64,000 nucleotides of DNA from Candidatus Omnitrophota bacterium (lineage in GTDB: Bacteria > Omnitrophota > Gorgyraeia > 2-02-FULL-51-18). A program made the position numbers and the translations under genes. Position 1 is the first letter of the stretch. Each line of letters opens with the position of its first letter. The notes beneath the pieces are model-generated. The model ran no database searches, was not told the DNA's origin, and saw nothing but the letters and a program-made list of their open reading frames with translations. Shown here one piece after another: positions 54,185 to 63,559 of this stretch. Location: assembly GCA_016197155.1 (NCBI GenBank), contig JACPWF010000015.1, forward strand, positions 8,157 through 72,156, read 5' to 3'.

Positions 54185-56020
54185 ATGATAAAAAATAATA
54201 AACTGATAATGGCGGGATTGATTCTGGCAGGCTTCTTTATTGGCCAGGCCGGCGCCAAGGCCGGTGAGGCCGATTCGGTCGTTTATTCCGAAATCAATTT
54301 AAACCATCCCGAAAAGACAGCCGCGATCACGCTTTCCGTTCCCAAAAAAGTGAGTGAGATTTATCATTGGAAACCCGGCCGCCGCATGACCCTGCGCGCG
54401 GTTGTGGAGCGCGCGGGCGGGAAAAAAGAATTTATCCGCGACACACGTTCGCAAAGCGCTTGGCAAGTGGTCTTGGACGCGCGCGCGGAGGCGACGCTCG
54501 CGATCCTTCCGGACAAAAATAATTTTTCCGGGGAAGTGACCGGTGTGGCGGAAGGAAAATCCCTGAAAGACCCCGAGGCGCCGGTTCTGGTTTTGGTAAA
54601 AACGCTTGAATATGAATTCGCCGACGGGGCGAAGATAAAGGTTCATTTCACGGATCAGATTCTGGACGGGGAAAAAGAAACGGCGGTTCTGGCCAGAGAA
54701 ACGCTGGACGCGGCCGTCGCGGCCTATCAAACCATTGCCCAATTTAATGGTTTCAACACCCCCGGCTACGCGTTCGCCGACCCCGACCGCGCCTACGCGT
54801 ACGACCCCGACAAGACCATCGATATTTACCTGGGAAGCCCTTCGGAGGCGCGCGCTTTTCATGGCTTTTCGGGCGCGGCGTTCAGGGACGCGCCTTGCTT
54901 TGACACCGTGAAACTCGGCGAACACATTTACCAGGCCGCGATCCTCCTTCCGGCCAATTACCGCGTGTTCATTAAAAATTGGGAGGCCCTCAATCCCTCG
55001 GCCCTCGGCGCGCGGAGCGTCGAGGTGGACCTGCGCGGGACGCTGATCCACGAGATGCTTCACACGATCCTTTTTTATTACAATAAGAATTTGAACAAGG
55101 AAGAAAACGCCGCCGGCCGGAGCGAGAACGGGGCGGCGCGGAAAGTGGACTGGTACGTGGAGGGCCTCGCGCGCTATTTCGAGACCTTCGCCGGCGCGCG
55201 GCACGACTTTTTTTCGCAGGGCTTTAAACAAACGCTCGTGGACAAGATCCGTTTTTCGCGCGGAGGGAGCAATTTCTTCATGCGCTATCCCGACCAGGCC
55301 TTTGTGGACCTGCGGTACGAGAACGCGCTTTTCTGGCGGTTCATGGACTACCGCTACGGGATGGGGGCGATCGAGAAATTGAGCCGCGATTTTCGGGGTG
55401 GAGACCGCGAGGACTTTAAGCGCGCGTTGGAGAAGGTGACGGGCGTGTCGTTCAACGAGCTTTTGGGGCGGTTCGCGATGTCGATTTTGCTCAAAGATTT
55501 TGGACTCAAAGAGGATGAGATTTATTTGAAAGACATCGGGCGCACGCGTTTAGTCTGCAAAACCGACGGGTTTTATTTGAAAGACGGCTATGGAGAGGAA
55601 AAATTTTTGGGCCAAACCTGCTCGACGGACTGGATCGGAGAGTGGGGCCAGGCGCGCGCAAGGCAGGGCGAGCCGCCGGCGGCCGGGGACAACACGCCCT
55701 GCGCGGATGTGGCCGGTTGGGCGACGGATTTTTACGAGGTCGAGGTAAAAGAAACCTCCGGCCTGCCCTGGATAGGCGTCCGGCATTTGGAAGGCGGCCG
55801 GGGACTCGACGCGCGCGTGGTCTTGGTTTCAAAGGGCGGGTCGTTTCTCATTAAAAATATTTTGGGCATCCGGCCGGGGGCCCTCCAGGGATTTTCGCTT
55901 CAGAAATTTTTAGAGGCTCAGGGGCTCACCGCCGCGGATTTGGAAAAAGTTTATATCCTCGTCACCAACACGGACGCCAAAACTTCCTCGGACTACGAAA
56001 TCCTCGCTCATTTTCCTTGA
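54185..56020 (+). CDS. Large secreted protein (611 aa) with HEXXH motif; putative zinc metallopeptidase of unrecognised family.
   Basis: Signal peptide (MIKNNKLIMAGLILAGFFIGQAGAKA), LIHEMLHT motif. No family recognised by eye. Confidence 0.45.
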   Translation: MIKNNKLIMAGLILAGFFIGQAGAKAGEADSVVYSEINLNHPEKTAAITLSVPKKVSEIYHWKPGRRMTLRAVVERAGGKKEFIRDTRSQSAWQVVLDARAEATLAILPDKNNFSGEVTGVAEGKSLKDPEAPVLVLVKTLEYEFADGAKIKVHFTDQILDGEKETAVLARETLDAAVAAYQTIAQFNGFNTPGYAFADPDRAYAYDPDKTIDIYLGSPSEARAFHGFSGAAFRDAPCFDTVKLGEHIYQAAILLPANYRVFIKNWEALNPSALGARSVEVDLRGTLIHEMLHTILFYYNKNLNKEENAAGRSENGAARKVDWYVEGLARYFETFAGARHDFFSQGFKQTLVDKIRFSRGGSNFFMRYPDQAFVDLRYENALFWRFMDYRYGMGAIEKLSRDFRGGDREDFKRALEKVTGVSFNELLGRFAMSILLKDFGLKEDEIYLKDIGRTRLVCKTDGFYLKDGYGEEKFLGQTCSTDWIGEWGQARARQGEPPAAGDNTPCADVAGWATDFYEVEVKETSGLPWIGVRHLEGGRGLDARVVLVSKGGSFLIKNILGIRPGALQGFSLQKFLEAQGLTAADLEKVYILVTNTDAKTSSDYEILAHFP

Positions 56021-56071
56021 CTTCGCCGCGCGCTGTTTTTATAATGGCTCGAATTAACAGGAGGATGTTGA

Positions 56072-56443
56072 ATGCGGAATTTTGCGAGGCGATTTGCGGC
56101 GTTAACCTTCATCGGCCTTTTATCTTTATTCGTCGTTTCCCCGGCGTTTTCGGCGGAAGCCAAGGATAACAGCGTAACGGGTTTCTTTAGAAGGCTTTTC
56201 AATTACCCGGTTAAGGCTGTCAAGGAAACGGGCGGCATGACGGCCAATACGGTCAACAACGTCGGTGAAAAAGTCATGTCGAAGACCGGCGAAGATTTGT
56301 CGAAGGGCGAGGTCCCGCAGGCTGTGGTTCAACCCGTCGTCGGCGCCGCCGAGACCGTCGGACAAACAGCGGCGGAAACGGTTCAGATCCCCGTCAAGGC
56401 CGCCGAAGAGGACAAACCGGCGGAATCCACACCGGCTCAATAA
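56072..56443 (+). CDS. Small secreted protein (123 aa), unknown.
   Basis: Signal peptide ending AFSAEAK. Low-complexity Val/Ala/Thr/Glu-rich mature region. Confidence 0.45.
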   Translation: MRNFARRFAALTFIGLLSLFVVSPAFSAEAKDNSVTGFFRRLFNYPVKAVKETGGMTANTVNNVGEKVMSKTGEDLSKGEVPQAVVQPVVGAAETVGQTAAETVQIPVKAAEEDKPAESTPAQ

Positions 56444-56471
56444 CAAGCCGTTCACGGCTCGTTTTAATTCT

Positions 56472-56512
56472 AAAAGGGGAGTTTGTGGCGCTGTCACGAG
56501 CTCCCCTTTTTT
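56472..56512 (+). terminator. Rho-independent terminator.
   Basis: AAAAGGGGAG...CTCCCC stem followed by TTTTTT. Confidence 0.6.
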
Positions 56513-56571
56513 ATCGCAGGTAGCAGCCTGCCGGCAGGCAGGGACCCGCCGTTTAAGAGGGCAACGTTAAA

Positions 56572-57018
56572 ATGTCTCTACAACAAAAGATTGACGCCGA
56601 TTTGAAAGCGGCGATGATTGCCAAAGACGCCGCGCGGCTTTCCACGCTTCGTTTTCTCAAGTCCGCCCTGAAATACGCCGCGATCGAAAAAAAGGCCGAC
56701 ACGCTCGCGGACGCGGACGTTCAGCCCATCATTCAAAAACAAATCAAACAGCGCCGCGAATCGATCGATCAATTTGAAAAAGGCGGCCGCCGGGATTTGG
56801 CCGACAAAGAAAAAGCGGAACTCGTGATTTTGGAGGGCTATCTGCCCAAACAGCTCTCCGACGCGGAGCTGGCGGCGTTTGTGGCCGCGGAGGCCAAGGC
56901 CGCGGGCGCGCTCTCAAAGAAAGATTTTGGGCGGGTGATGAAGCTCGTGGGAGAAAAGTTGAAAGGTCAGGCCGACTCGCGTCGCGTGAGCGAGGCGCTG
57001 GGAAAGATTCTGCAATGA
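56572..57018 (+). CDS. GatB/YqeY-domain protein.
   Basis: MSLQQKIDADLKAAMIAKDAARLSTLRFLKSAL...148 aa, typical YqeY. Confidence 0.8.
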   Translation: MSLQQKIDADLKAAMIAKDAARLSTLRFLKSALKYAAIEKKADTLADADVQPIIQKQIKQRRESIDQFEKGGRRDLADKEKAELVILEGYLPKQLSDAELAAFVAAEAKAAGALSKKDFGRVMKLVGEKLKGQADSRRVSEALGKILQ

Positions 57019-57968
57019 CCCCTCGAAAACCGTTTACGGCGGTTATCGGGGCGGGGCAGGTCGGGGCGACCACCGCTCAGCGGATTCTGGAAAAAGGAGT
57101 CTCCGACGTCGTTCTCTTTGACGTCGTGGAGGGCCTGCCGCAGGGCAAGGCGCTCGATCTCATGCAGGCCTCGCCCCTTGAGGGCCATGACCGGAAAATT
57201 TTCGGCACGAACCGTTACCAGGACATCGAAGGCGCCGGGGTCGTGGTCGTGACGGCGGGCCTGCCGCGAAAGCCGGGCATGAGCCGCGAGGATCTTTTGA
57301 GCCTCAACGCCAAGATCATCAAAGAAGTCTCCCTCAACATTAAAAATTACGCTCCGGAATCGAAGGTCATCGTCGTCACAAACCCCCTCGACCTCATGAC
57401 GTATCTGGCTTTCAAAACCACCGGTTTTCCCAAAGCCCGCGTTTTTGGGATGGCCGGTGTCTTGGACGCGGCGCGGATGCGGTTTTTCATTGCCGAGAGG
57501 CTGGGCGCGGTTCCCCGCGAAGTCGAGGCGGTCGTGCTCGGCGGTCACGGGGATCTCATGGTGCCCGTTTCGAGCCGTTCTTTTGTGAAGGGAAAACCCG
57601 TCCGGGACCTGATTCCTCACGACGAGCTTGTGAAAATCGAACAGCGCACGCGCGACGGCGGAGCGGAGATCGTCGCTCTTTTGAAAACAGGAAGCGCTTT
57701 TTACGCGCCGGCCAGTTCCGTTTGTGAAATGGTGAAAGCCATTTTGAACAATGAGAAAAAAATACTGCCCGTGTGCGCGTGTCTCGACGGCGAATACGGC
57801 CTGCGGGGAATCTATTTTGGCGTGACGGCCTCGCTCGGCGCCGGCGGCGTTGAAAAAATCATGGAAATCCCGCTCGATCCCGAAGAAAAAAAAGGGCTTC
57901 TCCTGTCCGCGGAAAAGGTCAGGAAAGGCATCGAGGAACTTGAGCGGATGATGGGCACCGCAAAGTGA
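57015..57968 (+). CDS. mdh: Malate dehydrogenase (LDH-like MDH family).
   Basis: AVIGAGQVGATTA...VVLFDVVEGLPQGKALDL...VVVTAGLPRKPGMSREDLL. Confidence 0.8.
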   Translation: MTPRKPFTAVIGAGQVGATTAQRILEKGVSDVVLFDVVEGLPQGKALDLMQASPLEGHDRKIFGTNRYQDIEGAGVVVVTAGLPRKPGMSREDLLSLNAKIIKEVSLNIKNYAPESKVIVVTNPLDLMTYLAFKTTGFPKARVFGMAGVLDAARMRFFIAERLGAVPREVEAVVLGGHGDLMVPVSSRSFVKGKPVRDLIPHDELVKIEQRTRDGGAEIVALLKTGSAFYAPASSVCEMVKAILNNEKKILPVCACLDGEYGLRGIYFGVTASLGAGGVEKIMEIPLDPEEKKGLLLSAEKVRKGIEELERMMGTAK

Positions 57969-59155
57969 AGGTCCACGAATACCAGGCCCGTCTTTTTCTC
58001 GAGAAATACGGCGTCCCCTGTTCGCGCGGGGAGGTGATCTTCCGCGCCGAAGAGGCGCCCGCCGCGTTTAAAAAATTCGCCAACCCGTCCGCGATGGCCA
58101 AGGTCCAGGTCCTGGCCGGCGGCCGCGGCAAGGCGGGCGGCGTCCTGCGCCTCAAAACGGCCGAAGAGGCCTCGGCCTTCGCGCAAAAATTTCTGGGCAA
58201 GCCCTTCGCGACGTATCAATCCGGCGGCGAAGGAAAAATTGTGAAAGCGATCCTCCTCACCGAAGATATCCCGATCCGCGAAGAATATTATTTGAGTGTG
58301 GCCGTGGACCGGTCGAAAGGGGCGCCGGTCATTCTTTTTTCGAAAGCCGGCGGCGTTGAGATCGAAGAGACCGCGCGCGCCTCGCCCGGAGCCGTTCATA
58401 AAATTTATTTTTCTCCCGATCAAGTCCCGGCGAAATCCGCGATCCTTCCCTTCATTCAAAAAGTTTTTTCCGACCCGTCAGTCTCCGAACCCTTCGCGGC
58501 CGTCGCCGAAAAACTGGCGCGGCTGTTTGTGGAAAAGGACGCGTCGGTGTGCGAGATCAATCCGCTCGTTCTGAGTCAGGACCGCCGCGTGATGGCGCTC
58601 GACGCCAAAATCGTTTTCGATGACAACGCGCTTTTCAGGCACGAGGATCTTCGCGCGATGAAGGATCCGGACGAAGAGGACGCGCGCGAAACGCGCGCCA
58701 AGGAATTTGGCCTGAGCTACGTCTCGATGAACGGAAACGTGGGGTGCCTCGTGAACGGCGCGGGCCTGGCGATGGCGACGATGGATGTGATCAAGCTCGC
58801 GGGCGGCGAGCCGGCGAATTTTCTGGACGTGGGCGGCGGCGCCACGGCCGATCAGGTGAGGGAAGGATTTAAAATTATTCTTCAGGATGAGCGCGTCGAG
58901 GCCATTTTGGTGAATATTTTCGGCGGCATCATGAAATGCGACGTCATCGCCGAGGGCGTGATCCAGGCCTCCAAGGAAACGGGGCTTCAGGTGCCTCTCA
59001 TTGCCCGCCTCGAAGGAACGCGTGTCGAGGAGGGCAGGGCCCTTTTGAAAAAATCAGGCCTTCGGATCCTTTCCTCGAAAACTATCCGGGAAGCGGCGGA
59101 GGCGGCCGTGGGCGAAGCCAAAAAATACCGGGAGTCGCGTGTCGGTACTCATTGA
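57965..59155 (+). CDS. sucC: Succinyl-CoA synthetase beta subunit.
   Basis: [18 protein letters not shown]... ATP-grasp N-domain plus ligase-CoA C-domain. GTG start in GTGA overlap. Confidence 0.9.
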   Translation: MKVHEYQARLFLEKYGVPCSRGEVIFRAEEAPAAFKKFANPSAMAKVQVLAGGRGKAGGVLRLKTAEEASAFAQKFLGKPFATYQSGGEGKIVKAILLTEDIPIREEYYLSVAVDRSKGAPVILFSKAGGVEIEETARASPGAVHKIYFSPDQVPAKSAILPFIQKVFSDPSVSEPFAAVAEKLARLFVEKDASVCEINPLVLSQDRRVMALDAKIVFDDNALFRHEDLRAMKDPDEEDARETRAKEFGLSYVSMNGNVGCLVNGAGLAMATMDVIKLAGGEPANFLDVGGGATADQVREGFKIILQDERVEAILVNIFGGIMKCDVIAEGVIQASKETGLQVPLIARLEGTRVEEGRALLKKSGLRILSSKTIREAAEAAVGEAKKYRESRVGTH

Positions 59156-60002
59156 CAAAAATACGAAAGTGATCTGTCAGGGCATCACGGGGAAGGCGGG
59201 GAGTTTTCACGCGCTCCAATGCCAGGCCTACGGGACAAAACTGGTGGCGGGCGTCACGCCCGGCAAAGGGGGAGAGTCGGTGGGAACGATCCCCGTGTTC
59301 AACACCGTTAAAGAAGCCGTTCAGAAAACGGGCGCGACTGTTTCCATGATCTACGTGCCCGCCGCGTTCGCCTTGAAAGCGATCCGCGAGGCGGTGGACG
59401 CGGGGATCGGGCTCGTCGTGTGCATCACCGAGGGCATTCCGACGCTCGACATGGTCCGGGCGGTGGATTACGCGAAGTCAAAAAATGCCCGGATCATCGG
59501 GCCCAATTGTCCCGGCATCATCACCTCCGGCGAATGCAAGGTCGGCATCATGCCGGGCTACATTCACAAAAAGGGCGACATCGGCGTGATTTCCCGGAGC
59601 GGCACATTGACCTATGAGGCGGTTTGGCAAATCACGTCCGCGGGACTCGGGCAGTCGACGTGCATGGGGATCGGCGGGGACCCCGTGATTGGGACGGGTT
59701 TCATCGATGCGCTCGAACTTTTTGAAAAAGACAAGGACACCCGCGCGGTGCTTCTCATCGGAGAAATCGGCGGGAGCCAGGAGGAAGAGGCCGCGGCGTT
59801 CATCGAAAAGAAAATGACAAAAAAGGTCGCGGCATTCATCGCGGGCCTCACGGCCCCCAAGGATAAACGCATGGGCCACGCCGGCGCCATCATTTCCGGT
59901 TCGAGCGGATCCGCGCAGGAAAAAATAGAGGTTCTTGAAAAAAAGGGAGTGCCAGTGATCCGCGATTTGAGCCAGATCGGCGATTTTTTAAAAGGCCTTT
60001 AA
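59139..60002 (+). CDS. sucD: Succinyl-CoA synthetase alpha subunit.
   Basis: [22 protein letters not shown]...GHAGAII phospho-His region. Confidence 0.9.
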   Translation: MSVLIDKNTKVICQGITGKAGSFHALQCQAYGTKLVAGVTPGKGGESVGTIPVFNTVKEAVQKTGATVSMIYVPAAFALKAIREAVDAGIGLVVCITEGIPTLDMVRAVDYAKSKNARIIGPNCPGIITSGECKVGIMPGYIHKKGDIGVISRSGTLTYEAVWQITSAGLGQSTCMGIGGDPVIGTGFIDALELFEKDKDTRAVLLIGEIGGSQEEEAAAFIEKKMTKKVAAFIAGLTAPKDKRMGHAGAIISGSSGSAQEKIEVLEKKGVPVIRDLSQIGDFLKGL

Positions 60003-60007
60003 ATTAA

Positions 60008-60508
60008 ATGGCCAAAGACCATTCATTCGACGCCATTTCCGAAGTCAACCTGCAGGAGCTGGACAACGCGGTCCAGCAGGCCAAAAAAGAACTCGCCCAG
60101 CGTTTTGATTTCAAGGGTTCCGACAGTTCCATTGAGCTGGACAAGACGCAGAAAACCGTCACGCTCAAAACCGAGAACGAATATCGCCTCAAAACCTTGA
60201 CGGACCTTTTGCAAACCAAATGCGCCAAACGCGGCGTGTCGCTGAAAGCGCTTCAGTTCGGAAAGGTGGAGGCGGGGATGGTCGGCGGGTCGGTGAGGCA
60301 GGTGGTCACCGTTCAAAACGGCATTCCCACCGAAAAGGCCAAAGAGATCACGAAGTTCATCCGGGACCTCAAGCTCAAGGTTCAGCCTCAGATTCAAAAC
60401 GACCAGGTGAGGGTTCAGGCTTCGAAAATAGACGATTTGCAGGCCGTGATTCAAAGCCTCCGGCAAAAAGATTTTGGACTTGACCTGCAATTTGTGAATT
60501 TTCGATAG
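60008..60508 (+). CDS. yajQ: YajQ-family nucleotide (c-di-GMP)-binding protein (UPF0234).
   Basis: MAKDHSFDAISEVNLQELDNAVQQAKKELAQRFDFKGS..., 166 aa. Confidence 0.8.
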   Translation: MAKDHSFDAISEVNLQELDNAVQQAKKELAQRFDFKGSDSSIELDKTQKTVTLKTENEYRLKTLTDLLQTKCAKRGVSLKALQFGKVEAGMVGGSVRQVVTVQNGIPTEKAKEITKFIRDLKLKVQPQIQNDQVRVQASKIDDLQAVIQSLRQKDFGLDLQFVNFR

Positions 60509-60543
60509 GGGTTGTTAAAAATATTAATATTTATTAAAATATG

Positions 60544-60572
60544 TTGCATTGATTATAAAGATGTGGTACATT
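60544..60572 (+). promoter_or_regulatory. Putative promoter (TTGCAT - 17 nt - TACATT) in an AT-rich gap.
   Basis: AT-rich 110-nt region upstream of the AAGGAGGA SD and GTG 60621. Confidence 0.3.
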
Positions 60573-60620
60573 GATGCCGTCAGTTGCTTTTTAATATAAA
60601 TTAATAAGGAGGAGATAAAG

Positions 60621-60953
60621 GTGAAGAAATTAATCACGGCAATCGTTACAATGGGCGTCGGCCTGGCCATGGGGATATTTGCCTATGCCGGCGATGATCT
60701 TATCAAAACAACCCAGGACAATGTCAACTCGGGCATCAACAGCGTCAACAGCCGCCCTCAGGACATGATGGATTCTATCCATACCGAAGCTTCCAAGGGC
60801 AAAGGCGTGGGCGAGCAGGTCATGGGCATCGGGGTCGGGGGAATGGTGGGCACCCGGAACGCCATCCATAAACTCGGCGCGGGCGCCATTGATGTTCTGA
60901 CGTTCTGGATCCCGAAAAAAGAACCCCTCATCAAAGAGGCCGGTCAGAAGTAA
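60621..60953 (+). CDS. Small secreted protein, paralog of the 43194 gene (shares the GM-x3-R-x4-GAGI-x4-TF-x-P motif).
   Basis: GTG start after AAGGAGGA. Signal peptide. C-terminal GGMVGTRNAIHKLGAGAIDVLTFWIPKKEP aligns with AGMSIVRTGAGIYEIVTFPFPLPENYKP of the 43194 protein. Confidence 0.5.
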   Translation: MKKLITAIVTMGVGLAMGIFAYAGDDLIKTTQDNVNSGINSVNSRPQDMMDSIHTEASKGKGVGEQVMGIGVGGMVGTRNAIHKLGAGAIDVLTFWIPKKEPLIKEAGQK

Positions 60954-60982
60954 GCCGCTTTTTCCAAGCGGATTTAAGATAA

Positions 60983-61020
60983 CCCCGCCCATACGAGGTT
61001 TTGTGTGGGCGGGGTTTTTT
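60983..61020 (+). terminator. Rho-independent terminator.
   Basis: CCCCGCCCA...TGGGCGGGG stem followed by TTTTTT. Confidence 0.65.
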
Positions 61021-61021
61021 C

Positions 61022-61050
61022 TTGAAACCCTTTTTTAACCCACCTATAAT
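61022..61050 (+). promoter_or_regulatory. Consensus sigma70 promoter (TTGAAA - 17 nt - TATAAT).
   Basis: Read directly from sequence. The -10 ends 10 nt before the folE ATG at 61061. Confidence 0.55.
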
Positions 61051-61060
61051 GAATCCTTCC

Positions 61061-61618
61061 ATGAAAAATCCGAGCATCGAAAAACTCACCGCGCAATTGC
61101 TGGTCGGCCTGGGAGAAAACCCCCGGCGCCAGGGCCTGAAAAAAACTCCCAAGCGCGTCGAGGCCTCCTACCGGTATCTCACAAAGGGCTATTCGCAGGA
61201 CATCCGCCAGGTTGTCAATTCCGCCGTCTTTGATGAGGCCTATGACGAAATGGTCGTGATGAAGAACATGGATATCTTTAGCCTCTGCGAGCACCATTTA
61301 TTGCCGTTTTACGGAAAATGCCACGTGGCCTATATTCCCAAAGGGAAGATCATCGGCCTCAGCAAACTCCCCCGGATCGTGGACGTGTTCGCGCGGCGGC
61401 TCCAGGTGCAGGAGCGCCTGACTCAGCAGATCGCCAATTGCCTAAAGGAAGCGCTGGAGCCCCTGGGCGTTGCCGTGATCATCGAAGCCCTGCATCTCTG
61501 CATGGCCATGCGCGGCGTCGAAAAGCAAAACGCCGTTTGCGTCACCAGCTCCATGCTCGGCGTTTTCCGGAACGATCACGGCACGCGGATGGAGTTCATG
61601 AACCTCATCAAGTCATGA
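61061..61618 (+). CDS. folE: GTP cyclohydrolase I.
   Basis: [14 protein letters not shown]...[16 protein letters not shown]...[20 protein letters not shown]...MCMAMRGV. Start at 61061 chosen because ATG 61049 lies inside the -10 box. Confidence 0.85.
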   Translation: MKNPSIEKLTAQLLVGLGENPRRQGLKKTPKRVEASYRYLTKGYSQDIRQVVNSAVFDEAYDEMVVMKNMDIFSLCEHHLLPFYGKCHVAYIPKGKIIGLSKLPRIVDVFARRLQVQERLTQQIANCLKEALEPLGVAVIIEALHLCMAMRGVEKQNAVCVTSSMLGVFRNDHGTRMEFMNLIKS

Positions 61619-61968
61619 CGTTTTTTACCACGCATCAATTTTTCCGTTTCAGCGCCAGCCACTCCCGGGGGCAAAAAGTTTACGGGCACAATTACATTTT
61701 AGAAGTCATCACCCGCGGTTTAAACCCGGAAAAAGAGTCCGCCACCGCGGAAAAAATCCGCCGGACGCTTATCGGGAAGCTCGAGTCGCGCGATCTGGGG
61801 CTCGACGTCGATTTTTTGAAGGGGGTTGAGATCAGTGACCAGGTGCTCCTGTCCGCTTTTTGGCCGATCGTGGAAAACGCGGCGCGGCCCGCGGAGTTGT
61901 CCGCGCTGTCGATTAAACGCGATCAGCGCACGAAAGTGACGCTTCATGCCGATGCCCATCCCGCCTAA
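61615..61968 (+). CDS. queD: 6-carboxy-5,6,7,8-tetrahydropterin synthase (PTPS family).
   Basis: [31 protein letters not shown]..., 117 aa. ATGA overlap with folE. The track instead lists an overlapping alt-frame ORF 61318..61968. Confidence 0.8.
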   Translation: MTFFTTHQFFRFSASHSRGQKVYGHNYILEVITRGLNPEKESATAEKIRRTLIGKLESRDLGLDVDFLKGVEISDQVLLSAFWPIVENAARPAELSALSIKRDQRTKVTLHADAHPA

Positions 61969-63559
61969 GCTTTGTCTGGCCCAGATCAACACGACGGTCG
62001 GGGACCTCGCCGGAAATCAAAAAAAAATTCTTGAGTCGCTCCGGTTCGCCCGGTCGCGCGGGGCGAATCTCGTGACTTTTCCGGAACTGGCCGTGACGGG
62101 CTACCCGCCGGAAGACCTTCTTTTCAAAGAAAAGTTTGTGTCGAAAAATCTGGAGACCTTGCGCGCGCTTATCCCGCACACGGGGGGACTCGCGGCGGTG
62201 GTCGGATTCGTGGACCGCGACCGGAAAGGGCTTCTTTACAATGCCGCCGCCTTCATCGGCGACCAAAAACTTCTTTGCGTGTACCGTAAAAAATTCCTGC
62301 CGAACTACGGCGTTTTTGACGAAAAACGTTATTTCGCGCCGGGGGATGAGTGGGGGGTCGTGAATTGGCGCGGGACGAAAATTGCCCTCACGATCTGCGA
62401 AGACATCTGGCCGACCGACAGCGGTGTTTATGCCAAAAATTACCCGGGGCGCCGTTCCCTTTTGATCAATATTTCCGCTTCGCCCGTTCACGCCGGCAAA
62501 CAGGCCGAACGCCTTCGTCTGGTGAAAAATCTGGCCAGGACCACCGGCTCGACCGTGATCTATCACAATCTGGTCGGCGGGCAGGATGAGCTGGTGTTTG
62601 ACGGCGGGAGCCTCGTCGTGGCTCCGGATGGCAGGATCCTGGCGGAGGCCGGACGTTTTGAGGAGGATTTTATTCTTTCAAACGAGTTCCGGGGACCGGC
62701 CCCCGCTTTAAAGAGGGGGGAAGAGGTTTATCGCGCGCTGGTTCTGGGCACGCGGGACTACCTTCACAAAAACCGCTTTCAAAAAGCGCTCATCGGCTTA
62801 AGCGGGGGCATTGATTCGGCGCTCGTGGCCGCGATCGCCGTCGATGCGCTGGGAAAAGAAAATGTGATCGGGGTGACCATGCCTTCGCGTTTCACCTCGA
62901 AGGAAACCCTGCGCGACGCCAAAATTTTATCGAAAAATCTCGGGATCGCCTGCCACGCGATCCCGATGGATGAAATCTTTTCAACCACTCTCAAAACGCT
63001 GAAGCCCCTTTTCGCCGGTTTGAAGACCGGCCTCGCCGAGGAAAATCTCCAGGCGCGCATCCGCGGGAATCTGTTGATGGCCCTGTCGAACAAATTCGGA
63101 CACCTCGTTTTGACAACCGGAAACAAAAGCGAGATGGCCACCGGCTATTGCACGCTCTATGGCGACATGGCGGGAGGCTTTGCCGTGATCAAAGATGTCC
63201 CAAAAACGCTGGTTTTTAAATTGGCGCGTTACCGCAACCGGCTCTCGCCGAAAAACGTGATTCCGCAAAGTGTCCTGCGGCGGCCGCCGAGCGCCGAGCT
63301 CAGGCCCAATCAAAAGGACCGAGACTCGCTCCCGCCCTATGCGGAGCTTGATAAATTTTTGGAGCTCTACGTGGAAAAAGACCTTTCGGCGGACGCGATC
63401 ATCCGCCGGGGCCTGCGCAAAGACGTGGTTTATCGCGCCGCGCGCATGGTGGACGGAAATGAATACAAACGCCGCCAGTCTCCGCCCGGCGTGAAAATCA
63501 CCCCCAAGGCCTTCGGCCGCGACCGGCGCATGCCGATCACGAATCGCTACGCCCCATGA
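61946..63559 (+). CDS. nadE: Glutamine-dependent NAD+ synthetase.
   Basis: N-terminal CN-hydrolase domain (LCLAQINTTVGD...FPELAVTGYPPEDL). C-terminal synthetase domain with GLSGGIDSALVAAIA PP-loop. Confidence 0.85.
   Translation: MPMPIPPKLCLAQINTTVGDLAGNQKKILESLRFARSRGANLVTFPELAVTGYPPEDLLFKEKFVSKNLETLRALIPHTGGLAAVVGFVDRDRKGLLYNAAAFIGDQKLLCVYRKKFLPNYGVFDEKRYFAPGDEWGVVNWRGTKIALTICEDIWPTDSGVYAKNYPGRRSLLINISASPVHAGKQAERLRLVKNLARTTGSTVIYHNLVGGQDELVFDGGSLVVAPDGRILAEAGRFEEDFILSNEFRGPAPALKRGEEVYRALVLGTRDYLHKNRFQKALIGLSGGIDSALVAAIAVDALGKENVIGVTMPSRFTSKETLRDAKILSKNLGIACHAIPMDEIFSTTLKTLKPLFAGLKTGLAEENLQARIRGNLLMALSNKFGHLVLTTGNKSEMATGYCTLYGDMAGGFAVIKDVPKTLVFKLARYRNRLSPKNVIPQSVLRRPPSAELRPNQKDRDSLPPYAELDKFLELYVEKDLSADAIIRRGLRKDVVYRAARMVDGNEYKRRQSPPGVKITPKAFGRDRRMPITNRYAP

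Noticed and set aside
61318-61968. 216-aa + strand ORF in the track.
   Set aside because: Alternative frame overlapping folE. The QueD/PTPS family match is in the frame starting 61615, which I translated by hand.
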